From the NCBI GenBank assembly GCA_964508025.1, contig CAZDSF010000001.1, forward strand, positions 22,320-86,319: 64,000 bases of DNA. Direction: 5' to 3'. Positions 25,908 to 34,153 of this stretch are shown here, piece by piece. Source of the DNA: an uncultured Anaerolineales bacterium. GTDB taxonomy: Bacteria > Chloroflexota > Anaerolineae > B4-G1 > SLSP01. Positions within the stretch are counted from its first letter, which is position 1; every line of letters starts with the position of its first letter. A program made the position numbers and the translations under genes. The notes under the pieces were generated by a model. It did not search any database and was not told the origin of the DNA. It was given only the letters and a program-made list of their open reading frames with translations.

Positions 25908-26450
25908 CTACTGCCCCAATCCTTGACGGATGGCCTGGAGTTGCGGCAGAATGGCGCTGAGCGCGGCGACGAAGCGTTCCAGCCCCGTCGCAAAGGTGGT
26001 GAGCGCCTCCAGCCCGTTGACGAGATTGTCCATGAGCGCCGCGGCGTCGCCGAGGATGTCCGCGTCGAGCAGGGAGGGATCCTCCGGCTCGACCGGCTCG
26101 ATGTATTCGCGCAGGGTGCAGACGTAGGCATACCGCTCCGGTTTGCCGGCGAGCTCCTGCCAGCGCAGGTCATCAATGACCAGTTGCTCCAGTCCGGCAT
26201 CGGCGACGATGTCGGCGATGAAGCTGACCGGTTTTCCGGCGCGAAACTTTTGCTCCAATGCTTCGACGAACGCGAGCGCCTCAGTCCCGGCAGCGACGCC
26301 CCACAGGCTGAGGCGCGCGGGGCGGCGTCCCAGGTTTTGAAGTACGCTGCCATCTTTACCCGGCGGTTTGTGCTCGGCGAGCACCCGCCGTTCGAGCAGG
26401 CTGATTTCCTGTACCTGCGGCAGTTCGAGATCGTCTAACATGGGCCGCAT
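25908..26450 (-). CDS. tail protein paralogous to N-terminal domain of the 613-aa OmpA/PGB protein (tube-initiator-like candidate)
   Basis: MRPMLDDLELPQVQEI...GKPERYAYVCTLREY aligns over ~130 aa with MRPMLDDFELQQVQQL...GKPERFEYAITLREY. Confidence 0.5.
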   Translation of the reverse strand: MRPMLDDLELPQVQEISLLERRVLAEHKPPGKDGSVLQNLGRRPARLSLWGVAAGTEALAFVEALEQKFRAGKPVSFIADIVADAGLEQLVIDDLRWQELAGKPERYAYVCTLREYIEPVEPEDPSLLDADILGDAAALMDNLVNGLEALTTFATGLERFVAALSAILPQLQAIRQGLGQ

Positions 26451-26460
26451 GGGTAAATCC

Positions 26461-27729
26461 TCACACGTCTATGCCGTGGCGGCGGGCTTCCTCTTCGAGG
26501 ATGCGCCGAATTTTTTCAGCCAGCGCTCCCAGGTCTTCCGGCTCGGTGAGCGCGTTTTCTTGCCGGGCGCCTTGCAGCATGGTGATCGCGCCAGCGGGAA
26601 AGGCGAGCGCTTCCCGCTGTTGTGCGGGTGCGAGCGGCGGCAACGAAGGCGGCGCGGGCGCGAGCGGCTGCAGCGCAGTCGGCGTCGGCATGGTTTTGGG
26701 GATGGCGACCGTTTCGAGCCAGCGCGATGACGGCGCGGAGCCTGCACCCATTTGCGGCGGCGCGCTTGCCGGCGCCTTTGCGGCGGTGATTTCCGCTTCG
26801 ATAGGAATCTCGCTTCCCCGGCCAGCGGGCGGCGATGCCATGACGCCGCTGTCTGACGAAGGGGCGATCTCGCGTTCTGCCAGCTGCCAGAGCAGCGCTT
26901 CGGAAATGCCGTCGTCCAGGAAGGGCAGCGCCCACGGCGCGAGATGCCTTTCCGGCGGCGTGAGATTTGCTATGGGGGGCGGGGCGGCTGCGCCGCTTGG
27001 AATGGCTCCCTGGGCGTGCAGGGCGCGCTTCAGACGTTGTTCGAGCGCGGCAAGCCAGGCGCGCTGCGCTGTGTTGGGCGGGGGCGGCGGCGGCATGATG
27101 ACGTCGCCAGGGCGCGGCGACGCGCGCGAAGGCAGTTCTGGCAGGGAGTGTGCAGCCGCTCCGGCGAGCCGTTGCAGCAGCGGCGTCAGCGTCTCGGCGG
27201 GGATGTGGGTGGGCGGCAGCGATGGCAGCCGGGGAGCGGCTGCTGCTCCGCGTTCCGTCCCCGGCGAAGGGCGAGTATCTTTGACATCAGCGGGACGGAA
27301 GGTGGGCGGCGCGCTTCTCTGCCGCGCCCACGCAGCCGCCCACGCTCGCCGCATTGCTGAGGGAGGCGGCTGCTGCCTTTCTGGCGCGCGCGCGGCTGGT
27401 TGCGGTTGCAACGCTGGCAGCAGGTCGCCGGGTTGTTGGCGCGGCGTTTTCGGCGCGAGATCGAGGCGGCGCGGGGACGGCGCCGCGGGCGAGGCTTCCG
27501 TCTGGCGCGCCGCCATCGCGGTGAGCGGGCCGATCTGCGCGCCTTCGAGCGGCCCTTTCCGCAAGGCGAAGGGCGGCGTTAGAAGCGCGGCGAAACTGCT
27601 TTCGGCATTTCGCAGCGGCGCCCAGCGCGACACGCGCCGGGTAAGTTGACGCTGCCAGTGTCTCGGCGCGCGCCCACCGGCCAGCGCGCCGCGGCCTGCA
27701 CTACGCCAGTTGCGCCATCGTGCTCTCAT
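26461..27729 (-). CDS. proline/alanine-rich low-complexity protein in tape-measure position
   Basis: 422 aa, >25% Pro+Ala, predicted disordered except C-terminal ~40 aa helix; located between chaperone-like gene and tube-initiator-like genes; start overlaps upstream stop. Confidence 0.35.
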   Translation of the reverse strand: MRARWRNWRSAGRGALAGGRAPRHWQRQLTRRVSRWAPLRNAESSFAALLTPPFALRKGPLEGAQIGPLTAMAARQTEASPAAPSPRRLDLAPKTPRQQPGDLLPALQPQPAARAPERQQPPPSAMRRAWAAAWARQRSAPPTFRPADVKDTRPSPGTERGAAAAPRLPSLPPTHIPAETLTPLLQRLAGAAAHSLPELPSRASPRPGDVIMPPPPPPNTAQRAWLAALEQRLKRALHAQGAIPSGAAAPPPIANLTPPERHLAPWALPFLDDGISEALLWQLAEREIAPSSDSGVMASPPAGRGSEIPIEAEITAAKAPASAPPQMGAGSAPSSRWLETVAIPKTMPTPTALQPLAPAPPSLPPLAPAQQREALAFPAGAITMLQGARQENALTEPEDLGALAEKIRRILEEEARRHGIDV

Positions 27730-28196
27730 GCGCCATCCTCGTTGCGGCGGCTCATCTCCAGATACAGCAGGATTTGCCCGATGGTCATGCCGCTGACTTG
27801 TTCGGGCGTCCAGCCGAATTCGCGCGCCAGCACGAAGCAGGCCCGCGCGAGCGGCGTTTGCACCAGTTCTTCCAACTCGTCGCGGGGGGTGCTGATGCCG
27901 CTGATCGCATTGATGCGTTCGACGAGGAATTGCGCCACGCCCGCCGGCAACTGCGCGACCTGTTCGGCCTGCAATTTCGGCTCGACGAGGGCTTGCTGGA
28001 TCATCAATGCGGCGGAGAGGTTGTCATCGTCGCGCGCAGCTTTGCCGATGCGCTGAATATCGCGCACGGTGAGCGGGCGCAGCACCACCCGCCGATCTTC
28101 CATCTCGCGGCCAGCGGCGCGCAGCAACGCGGCAGGGATCTCCACCTCATGGGTGAGCGCCCCACCTGCCAGTAATTCTTCGGCGGTGAGTGTCAT
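27726..28196 (-). CDS. tail assembly chaperone-like protein
   Basis: 156 aa, AGGAGG RBS; position immediately after tube gene and before ruler candidate as in P2 (E) / Mu; helical. Confidence 0.4.
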   Translation of the reverse strand: MTLTAEELLAGGALTHEVEIPAALLRAAGREMEDRRVVLRPLTVRDIQRIGKAARDDDNLSAALMIQQALVEPKLQAEQVAQLPAGVAQFLVERINAISGISTPRDELEELVQTPLARACFVLAREFGWTPEQVSGMTIGQILLYLEMSRRNEDGA

Positions 28197-28212
28197 GGGG
28201 GGGCCTCCTGGT

Positions 28213-28770
28213 TCAGGCGTTAGCGGATTCGCTGAATTCGGGCGCCTTAGCGGTTGGCTCGCCGCCGTTGGCTGCGCTCCGATCTAGCACGCGGATGGTC
28301 AACGCCTTGAAGGTGAGGTTCTCCATGACGAAATCGTCTTCGGGCAGCGAGAAACCCCAATCCTGGAATTTGACGCCCTTGAGCTCCAACGCCACGGTGT
28401 TGCCGGGCGCGGCGGGATCGTTGAGGCTCACGCTCATGTTGAAGGTGGGCTGCACGTAGGGTTCGGCGATGTTGCTGGGCGATGATCCGCGCCCCTGGAG
28501 CAGGAACAGCAGCGCGCCGTTGATATAGGCCCGTCCCACCTTGCCGCTGATGTGAATGTTGCCTGGATGCAGCGAGGTGGCGTGGCGGCGTCCGATCTCG
28601 TGAAATTCTTCCAGATCGGTATGCACGTAGAGTTCGACGTTGGTGACACGCCCCACCGTGAGCAGGTCGTAGGTATCGAGCACGGCTTTGGCGTCGTTCC
28701 CTTCCGGGGTGTCCTCAATCGCCAGGGTCAACGTGCCATTGGCACCGGTATAGATATTGGTCAACGCCAT
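28213..28770 (-). CDS. contractile tail tube protein (T4 gp19 / Hcp-like fold)
   Basis: 185 aa from ATG 28770 (GAGGAGGGG RBS); directly follows sheath with 12-nt gap; size and beta-rich composition typical of tube proteins. Confidence 0.7.
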   Translation of the reverse strand: MALTNIYTGANGTLTLAIEDTPEGNDAKAVLDTYDLLTVGRVTNVELYVHTDLEEFHEIGRRHATSLHPGNIHISGKVGRAYINGALLFLLQGRGSSPSNIAEPYVQPTFNMSVSLNDPAAPGNTVALELKGVKFQDWGFSLPEDDFVMENLTFKALTIRVLDRSAANGGEPTAKAPEFSESANA

Positions 28771-28781
28771 GGTTCCCCTCC

Positions 28782-30446
28782 TCACTCCAGGAACATTGTC
28801 ACTTTGATGTAGTCAATGCTGAACACGGGCCGCAGGACGAGCGTGACGCGCGCGATGCCCTTGATCTCTTCTTCGCGGGTGGCGCTCACGTTGAGTTCGT
28901 AGCCCACCAGCATCTCGTCTTCCACCATCTCGGCCAGGAAGCTGTTGATGGTGGCGCGCATCGCGCTGCGCACCCGCTCGTTGTTGAGCAGGCCGATGTA
29001 CGGATTGGCGGCGGAACGCACGCCGTAGCGGGCGTAATCCACGATGCGCCGTGTGGTGATCTGTTGCCAGGCGGTGTTGGTCGCGGTGGTGATGCCCTTG
29101 ACGACGCGGAATCCCTGCCGCATTTCGAGCGCCAGGACACGCGCCTGCACCAGCTGGCTCAGCTCGGCGGCGGAGAAGCGCCGTTCCAGCCCTCCGACGC
29201 GCACGGGCTTGTTGGTGAGGCTGATGTGCGGGGCCAGCCCGCCCAGCAAACCGGCGACGGCGGCTGCGGCGTAAGCGCCCGGCAAGGTCAATTCTTTGCC
29301 GCTGGCGCTATCGGTGGCGAGGATGCCCGGCGCGACGAAGATCAGCCGATCGCTGGCGAGGGTGTGTCCGCGCAGATCGTCGCTGCTAGCGCCGAGCTTG
29401 CTGCCCACAACCGCGATGCGCTCGTGGCGGATGGCGTCGGTGGAGGCGTTCTGGCAATGGGCGTCCAGCTTCGCGCCGAAGCGGTCATCCTGCCCGGCGG
29501 CCACGAGGATGTGCGCATCCTCGTAGAGCAGCGCTTCCAATCCCGCCTCGTATTCGGCAGCAGAGGCGGCTTCGCCGTTGGCCCCGCCTTTGAAGGCTGC
29601 GAAAGCATCCGCTGCCAGGCTTCTGAGGGGCAGCTCGGCGGCGTGGGCGGCGGCGGTCGCCGTGACCCAGGCCGATTGCGCGGCGATGTCGGCGATCAGG
29701 TCGGCGCCGCTGACGACGATGTAGCTCTCCTTTGCCTCGCCCAGTTTGAGGGTGACTTTGCGAGCGCTGGCCTTATCCACCACGTAACTCGCGGTGATTT
29801 TGTCGGCGGCAGCGATGGCGTCGCCGAAGGTGAGGGCGCCGGTAGCGCGGTTGATTTTCACCTCGCCGGTTGCGGGCGGGGCGGCATCGTCATCGTAGAG
29901 CAGCTTGAGCGAGCGGGTGAGGCCATCGGCGTCGGTGGCGAGGTGAATGCGGTTGCGGGCGCTTTTGACCACGGGGGTGTATTTGAGGGTGATCGGCGGC
30001 GCTGCATTGCCGAGATGCGCTTCATTTTCGATGAAGGCGTTGTCGTCGGCGTCCCAAACATTGACGAGCAGGGCGTTGCCCCAGTTGCCCTCCGTCTTCG
30101 CTTGAAGGGTGACGCAATCGCCGGTGGTGGATTTGAGCGTGGTCGTGGCTTTGGCGGCGCTGGCAGCCGCCACGCGCACCGCGAAGACGGTGGTGGCGCC
30201 GTGTCCGTAAGCCAGTTCCAGGGCGCGGACGAGGGTGAGCTCGTTGCTGAAGCCGTTGATCCAGGCGTCGGTCTCGCCGAAGATGGCGCGCGCTTCGGAG
30301 AGGCTGCCCAGCGTGACGGGCTTGTTGAGCGGCCCTTTGCTCGCCGTGCCTATGACGCCGAGGTTGCCTACTGTGACCCGCCCCGGCACGATCAGTCCCT
30401 CGGCGCGTACTTCGATATAGACTCCAGGTAAAATCATCTCAGCCAT
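28782..30446 (-). CDS. contractile tail sheath protein
   Basis: ATG 30446 after AAAGGAGG; N-term MAEMILPGVYIEV and C-term ...VTLVLRPVFSIDYIKVTMFLE are hallmark sheath-family termini; 554 aa. Confidence 0.85.
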   Translation of the reverse strand: MAEMILPGVYIEVRAEGLIVPGRVTVGNLGVIGTASKGPLNKPVTLGSLSEARAIFGETDAWINGFSNELTLVRALELAYGHGATTVFAVRVAAASAAKATTTLKSTTGDCVTLQAKTEGNWGNALLVNVWDADDNAFIENEAHLGNAAPPITLKYTPVVKSARNRIHLATDADGLTRSLKLLYDDDAAPPATGEVKINRATGALTFGDAIAAADKITASYVVDKASARKVTLKLGEAKESYIVVSGADLIADIAAQSAWVTATAAAHAAELPLRSLAADAFAAFKGGANGEAASAAEYEAGLEALLYEDAHILVAAGQDDRFGAKLDAHCQNASTDAIRHERIAVVGSKLGASSDDLRGHTLASDRLIFVAPGILATDSASGKELTLPGAYAAAAVAGLLGGLAPHISLTNKPVRVGGLERRFSAAELSQLVQARVLALEMRQGFRVVKGITTATNTAWQQITTRRIVDYARYGVRSAANPYIGLLNNERVRSAMRATINSFLAEMVEDEMLVGYELNVSATREEEIKGIARVTLVLRPVFSIDYIKVTMFLE

Positions 30447-30474
30447 TAGTGGTCCTCCTTTCATGGCTTGAATT

Positions 30475-30526
30475 GGCGAAAAAAGCGAATGGCGAATGGC
30501 GAAAAGTGAATGGCGAATTGTGAATG
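30475..30526. repeat. heptanucleotide tandem repeat (GCGAATG-like x7) upstream of sheath gene
   Basis: gcgaaaaaa gcgaatg gcgaatg gcgaaaa gtgaatg gcgaatt gtgaatg; ends 20 nt before sheath RBS. Confidence 0.7.
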
Positions 30527-30536
30527 TTGTCCTTCC

Positions 30537-31589
30537 TCAACGGCGGGATGCCTGGATGTAGACGACGGCTATTGCATCGAGCCGGTCGCCCTGGATGGCG
30601 AGTTCCAGGCGCTCGGTTGGGCCATCCAGCTGAATTGGGGCCGCGAAATGCCGGGTATAGGGGGTGTAGGGATCGGGGATGGCGTTTTCATCCCAATCTC
30701 CCAGGGTGAGGGCGGCAGGCCCGGCGGTGAAAAGCGCGAGAAAATCGGTGAAGGTGGGCAGGGTCGCTTGGGCGTGGCGCGTTGTCGGTTCGGGGCCGGA
30801 GATGGCGGCGAGAAAGGCGTCGAAGGTGGGGAAGTTCAGCGGCGCGCCTGCGGCGCCATCGAAGGTGCGGGTGAGAACAACGGCGGAGGTGGGCGTTGCG
30901 GCGGGAATGAAGGCGAGCGCCCACAGTCCGTGGATCGTGCGCTGTCCGCGCAGGGTGAGCGGGGGCGCGGTCTCGTTGTCCCAGCGGACCAGGTCGGCGG
31001 TGACGAGCAGCCGTTCGTTGTGGGCGCTGTTCACCGCCACGGGGATCTGCGTGATGAGGCTGCGCGCGTCGTCGGCGTCCGCGTACTGGAATTCGTAGAG
31101 CAGGCGGTAGTCGGCGGTCTTGCGCCAGGCGTTCACCGGCGGCAGATGTTCCGGCAGCGAGCTTTCCGTCAGCGCGAAGCGCAACACGCCAGCGGCCCAC
31201 AGCGCGTCGCGGTCTGCTAGCAGGCGCGCGTGAAGCGCATCGGCGGCTGCATCTACGGCGGCGACATCGGCGCCCCACAGTTGGAAACGCGCGCGCACGT
31301 CGAGGCGACCGCCCTTGAGGCTTGCAGGCGCGGGGGTGTCGCGCAGGGCATCGCCCCGGAAATTACCGATTCCCACGGGGCGTTCTTCGATGGCTGCGAG
31401 GGAGACGCCTGGCGGCGGCAACCCGGCGGTCGGTGGGGACAGGTAGCTGCGCAGCAGGGCCAGCAACGCGGCGCTGGCTTGATCGGGGCTGGCGGCGTCG
31501 CCGGCGGCGAAAGCCTGAATCAGACTCGCTGCTTCCAATACCGGTTCTGCTTCAGGTGTGCGGCGGCGGAAAAATGAAAAGAGCGACAC
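30537..31589 (-). CDS. hypothetical first gene of tail cluster (possible tail terminator/cap)
   Basis: 350 aa, GTG start at 31589 per ORF track; no confidently recognisable domain; position upstream of sheath. Confidence 0.35.
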   Translation of the reverse strand: MSLFSFFRRRTPEAEPVLEAASLIQAFAAGDAASPDQASAALLALLRSYLSPPTAGLPPPGVSLAAIEERPVGIGNFRGDALRDTPAPASLKGGRLDVRARFQLWGADVAAVDAAADALHARLLADRDALWAAGVLRFALTESSLPEHLPPVNAWRKTADYRLLYEFQYADADDARSLITQIPVAVNSAHNERLLVTADLVRWDNETAPPLTLRGQRTIHGLWALAFIPAATPTSAVVLTRTFDGAAGAPLNFPTFDAFLAAISGPEPTTRHAQATLPTFTDFLALFTAGPAALTLGDWDENAIPDPYTPYTRHFAAPIQLDGPTERLELAIQGDRLDAIAVVYIQASRR

Positions 31590-31888
31590 GTTCGTTGTTC
31601 CTTGTGTGAATGCGTCCTGCGGCTAGAGGAGAACGCGGCTGGAGTCTGGATACAGGAACAAGCGATTGTAGCCAACAGGGTGACAGCGCAATCGAAACTA
31701 TAATTTCAGTCTAACATAAATTGGTAAAGATAGAGTCAAGAATGGGTTAAAACGATCCTGAAACATGACACAATTCTTAATGCTCCGGGGTTGTGTCACA
31801 GGTTGCGTGGTTTTCGGTGGTAATAGCAGATTGCTCAGGTTTTTTTATGATTAGGATGCTGGAATTTTTCCGAAAATCACAATTACTG

Positions 31889-31896
31889 CTATAATA
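31889..31896 (+). promoter_or_regulatory. extended -10 (TGcTATAAT) candidate promoter for hybrid HK operon
   Basis: ttactgctataat ~40 nt upstream of ATG 31936 within 346-bp AT-rich divergent intergenic region. Confidence 0.4.
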
Positions 31897-31935
31897 GGGC
31901 TGTATTGTTATGTTTGTGATGGTTTATGGAGGTTT

Positions 31936-33096
31936 ATGTCTGGCGCGGCGCATGTGCTTTTTGCTAATATTTTGATTGCCTCTACCGAGATCGAGTTTGC
32001 GCGCCAATTGCGCATTGTGTTGCAAAATGCAGGGTACGTGGTGCGTGTCGTGAGGAGCAGCGAGGCATTGCTGAATACCTTGACGCTTGCTCCGCCGGAT
32101 TTGCTGTTGCTCGATGCTGCGTTGGTTGATACAGATAGGGCGGCGCTGGTGCGGCGCATCAAGGCGCATGTTGGGCAAACCTTCATGCCGGTTATCATGC
32201 TGGCTGAGCCTACGAATGAGGTGGATTTTGCAGCCGCTATCAATGCTGGGGCTGATGAGCTGCTTGATAAGCCGTTCTCTAACGCAGAGCTCCTGGTCAG
32301 AGTGCGGTCCATGTTGCGCCTTAAGGTCAGCACCGATGAGCTCCGCACGCTAAACGCCACGCTCGAGCAGAAGGTTATCGAGCGCACGCAAGCCCTGGAA
32401 GCTGCTCATGCTGCCCTCCGCCACACTGAGAAGCTTTCCGCACTGGGGCGGTTGGCGGCTTCGGTAGCGCATGAAATCAACAACCCGCTTTCGGGTATTT
32501 TGACGTACATTTATCTGATCAAGAAATATGAGACGCTGCCAGAGCTCCAAATAAGCGAGGATCTTGCGCTTATCGAACGGCACGTCAATGCTATTGCTGG
32601 GCTGGTCAAGCAGCTGCAAAACTTTTCTAAACCGCCGCAGCAGGTGCGGAAGCCGGTATCGCTAGCTGTAATTTGGAATGATGTGTTGGCGCTGGTGCGC
32701 AAAGACCTGGAACGCCGCAAGATTCAGGTCATATTCAATCCGCCTGCCGATTTGCCCCTGGTTATGGCGTCTGCCGATCAGCTGAGTGAGGTTTTTATGA
32801 ACCTGACGCTCAACGCGCGGGATGCCATGCCTGAAGGTGGACAGCTCACGATCCAGATTACAGCGGAGGGTGAAAGCCTGATGGTTGGGGTGGGCGATAC
32901 CGGCATCGGTATTCCACCGGATGTGCAGGAACATCTCTTTGAGCCGTTCTTCACTACCAAAGGCGAGCAGGGAACGGGATTGGGATTGGCAATCTGTTAT
33001 CGCATCATCGAAGAGCACGCGGGTGAAATTTGTGTGGATAGCGCGCCCGGTGCAGGGACGACGTTTACTATCCGCCTGCCGCTGGCGGTTGTGTAA
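31936..33096 (+). CDS. hybrid sensor histidine kinase (N-terminal REC, HisKA, HATPase)
   Basis: REC-like N-terminus (LLLDAAL..D...), H-box SVAHEINNPL, G-box GTGLGLAI. Confidence 0.8.
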   Translation: MSGAAHVLFANILIASTEIEFARQLRIVLQNAGYVVRVVRSSEALLNTLTLAPPDLLLLDAALVDTDRAALVRRIKAHVGQTFMPVIMLAEPTNEVDFAAAINAGADELLDKPFSNAELLVRVRSMLRLKVSTDELRTLNATLEQKVIERTQALEAAHAALRHTEKLSALGRLAASVAHEINNPLSGILTYIYLIKKYETLPELQISEDLALIERHVNAIAGLVKQLQNFSKPPQQVRKPVSLAVIWNDVLALVRKDLERRKIQVIFNPPADLPLVMASADQLSEVFMNLTLNARDAMPEGGQLTIQITAEGESLMVGVGDTGIGIPPDVQEHLFEPFFTTKGEQGTGLGLAICYRIIEEHAGEICVDSAPGAGTTFTIRLPLAVV

Positions 33097-33152
33097 ATGA
33101 TTGGCAGCTTCTAAGGGCAAAAGCCTGGTGTTCGACTTGGTCCTGATCTGGA

Positions 33153-33779
33153 GTGCAATCCATGTTCATCAATTGGAAAACTCGTGAACTCAATCTCAAC
33201 CTCGTCTACTATGGGCCGGCGTTGAGCGGGAAGACCACCAACCTGGAGCAAATCCACGCGCGGCTCAAGCCGACTTCCCGCAGCGACCTCTTCACACTCA
33301 ATACGCACGAAGATCGCACCATCTTCTTCGATTTTCTGCAGCTGGAGATTGGAGAAATCGCGGGCCTCAAGCCCAAGTTTGGGCTGTACACGGTGCCGGG
33401 ACAGGTCTATTACGCCGCCACCCGTGAGGCGGTGTTGCGGCGCGCAGACGCGGTGGTGTTCGTGGTGGATTCGCAGGCGGAACGGCTGGAAGACAATCGG
33501 GCCGCCTGGCGCGACATGGAAGGGCAGCTAGAGCGGATGCATCGCTCCCTGGCAACCACGCCTGTGGTTGTGCAGCTCAACAAGCGCGATCTGCCCTCGG
33601 CCCTGCCCGTCGCGGAGCTGCGCGCGGCGCTGGATATCGGTGCGCGGCCCTGCCTCGAGGCGATTGCCGCGCAAAACCAGGGCGTTCCAGAGACGCTGCA
33701 TGCGGCTATGCGCATGTTGTTCATAGATGTCCAGCGCAAACTTGCAGCTGCCCAAACTACACCAGGAGGCTCCGCATGA
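33153..33779 (+). CDS. MglA-like Ras-superfamily small GTPase
   Basis: INWKTRELNLNLVYYGPALSGKTTNLEQI (P-loop), ...VVQLNKRDL (NKxD); stop overlaps next start. Confidence 0.7.
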   Translation: MQSMFINWKTRELNLNLVYYGPALSGKTTNLEQIHARLKPTSRSDLFTLNTHEDRTIFFDFLQLEIGEIAGLKPKFGLYTVPGQVYYAATREAVLRRADAVVFVVDSQAERLEDNRAAWRDMEGQLERMHRSLATTPVVVQLNKRDLPSALPVAELRAALDIGARPCLEAIAAQNQGVPETLHAAMRMLFIDVQRKLAAAQTTPGGSA

Positions 33780-34138
33780 AAGAAGTGCAACGGCTCATCC
33801 GCGAGCTGGGGCAATCTGAGGGATTCAGCACCGTCGTCTTGACCGATGCTTCTGGTTTGCCGATGGCGACTTCAGAGGATTTCGAGGCGGCGCAAGCCTT
33901 GGCTGCCATCGTCGCCGAGGTGTTGCGTGTGGCGCAACGCGCCGGCGAGCGGCTAAGCATGACCGACCTGACGGAGATCATGTTGCTCTCGCAGGACGCA
34001 CAACGAGGGGTGCTTTACCGGCAGTTTGAGGCTGGCGGACGGCGATTGGTGTTGGCGATGGTCATCCAACCTAACCACGCTTATTGGCCCACCACTACCC
34101 GTGTCATCCGTGAGATACAGCAGTTAATGCAAAAGTAA
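33776..34138 (+). CDS. Roadblock/LC7 domain protein (MglB-like)
   Basis: 120 aa, ...GFSTVVLTDASGLPMA... pattern typical of Roadblock/LC7; translationally coupled to GTPase. Confidence 0.65.
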   Translation: MKEVQRLIRELGQSEGFSTVVLTDASGLPMATSEDFEAAQALAAIVAEVLRVAQRAGERLSMTDLTEIMLLSQDAQRGVLYRQFEAGGRRLVLAMVIQPNHAYWPTTTRVIREIQQLMQK

Positions 34139-34153
34139 GAAAGTGAGGGAGCT

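Noticed and set aside
27726-28196. Programmed -1 frameshift in the chaperone-like gene (phage G/GT or E/E' type)
   Set aside because: No slippery heptamer (XXXYYYZ) near the 3' end, and the next gene has its own ATG overlapping the stop, so ordinary translational coupling is sufficient.
11972-31589. Prophage or type VI secretion system
   Set aside because: No integrase, capsid, portal, terminase, lysis genes or att-like flanks (not a prophage). No TssB/TssC pair, ClpV, TssK/L/M or Hcp-VgrG fusion context (not a T6SS). Interpreted instead as a stand-alone tail-like injection/tailocin cluster.
31590-31935. tRNA or small RNA gene in the AT-rich intergenic region
   Set aside because: No cloverleaf-compatible acceptor/anticodon stems found by eye; only promoter-like hexamers. 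A small RNA cannot be excluded without expression data.
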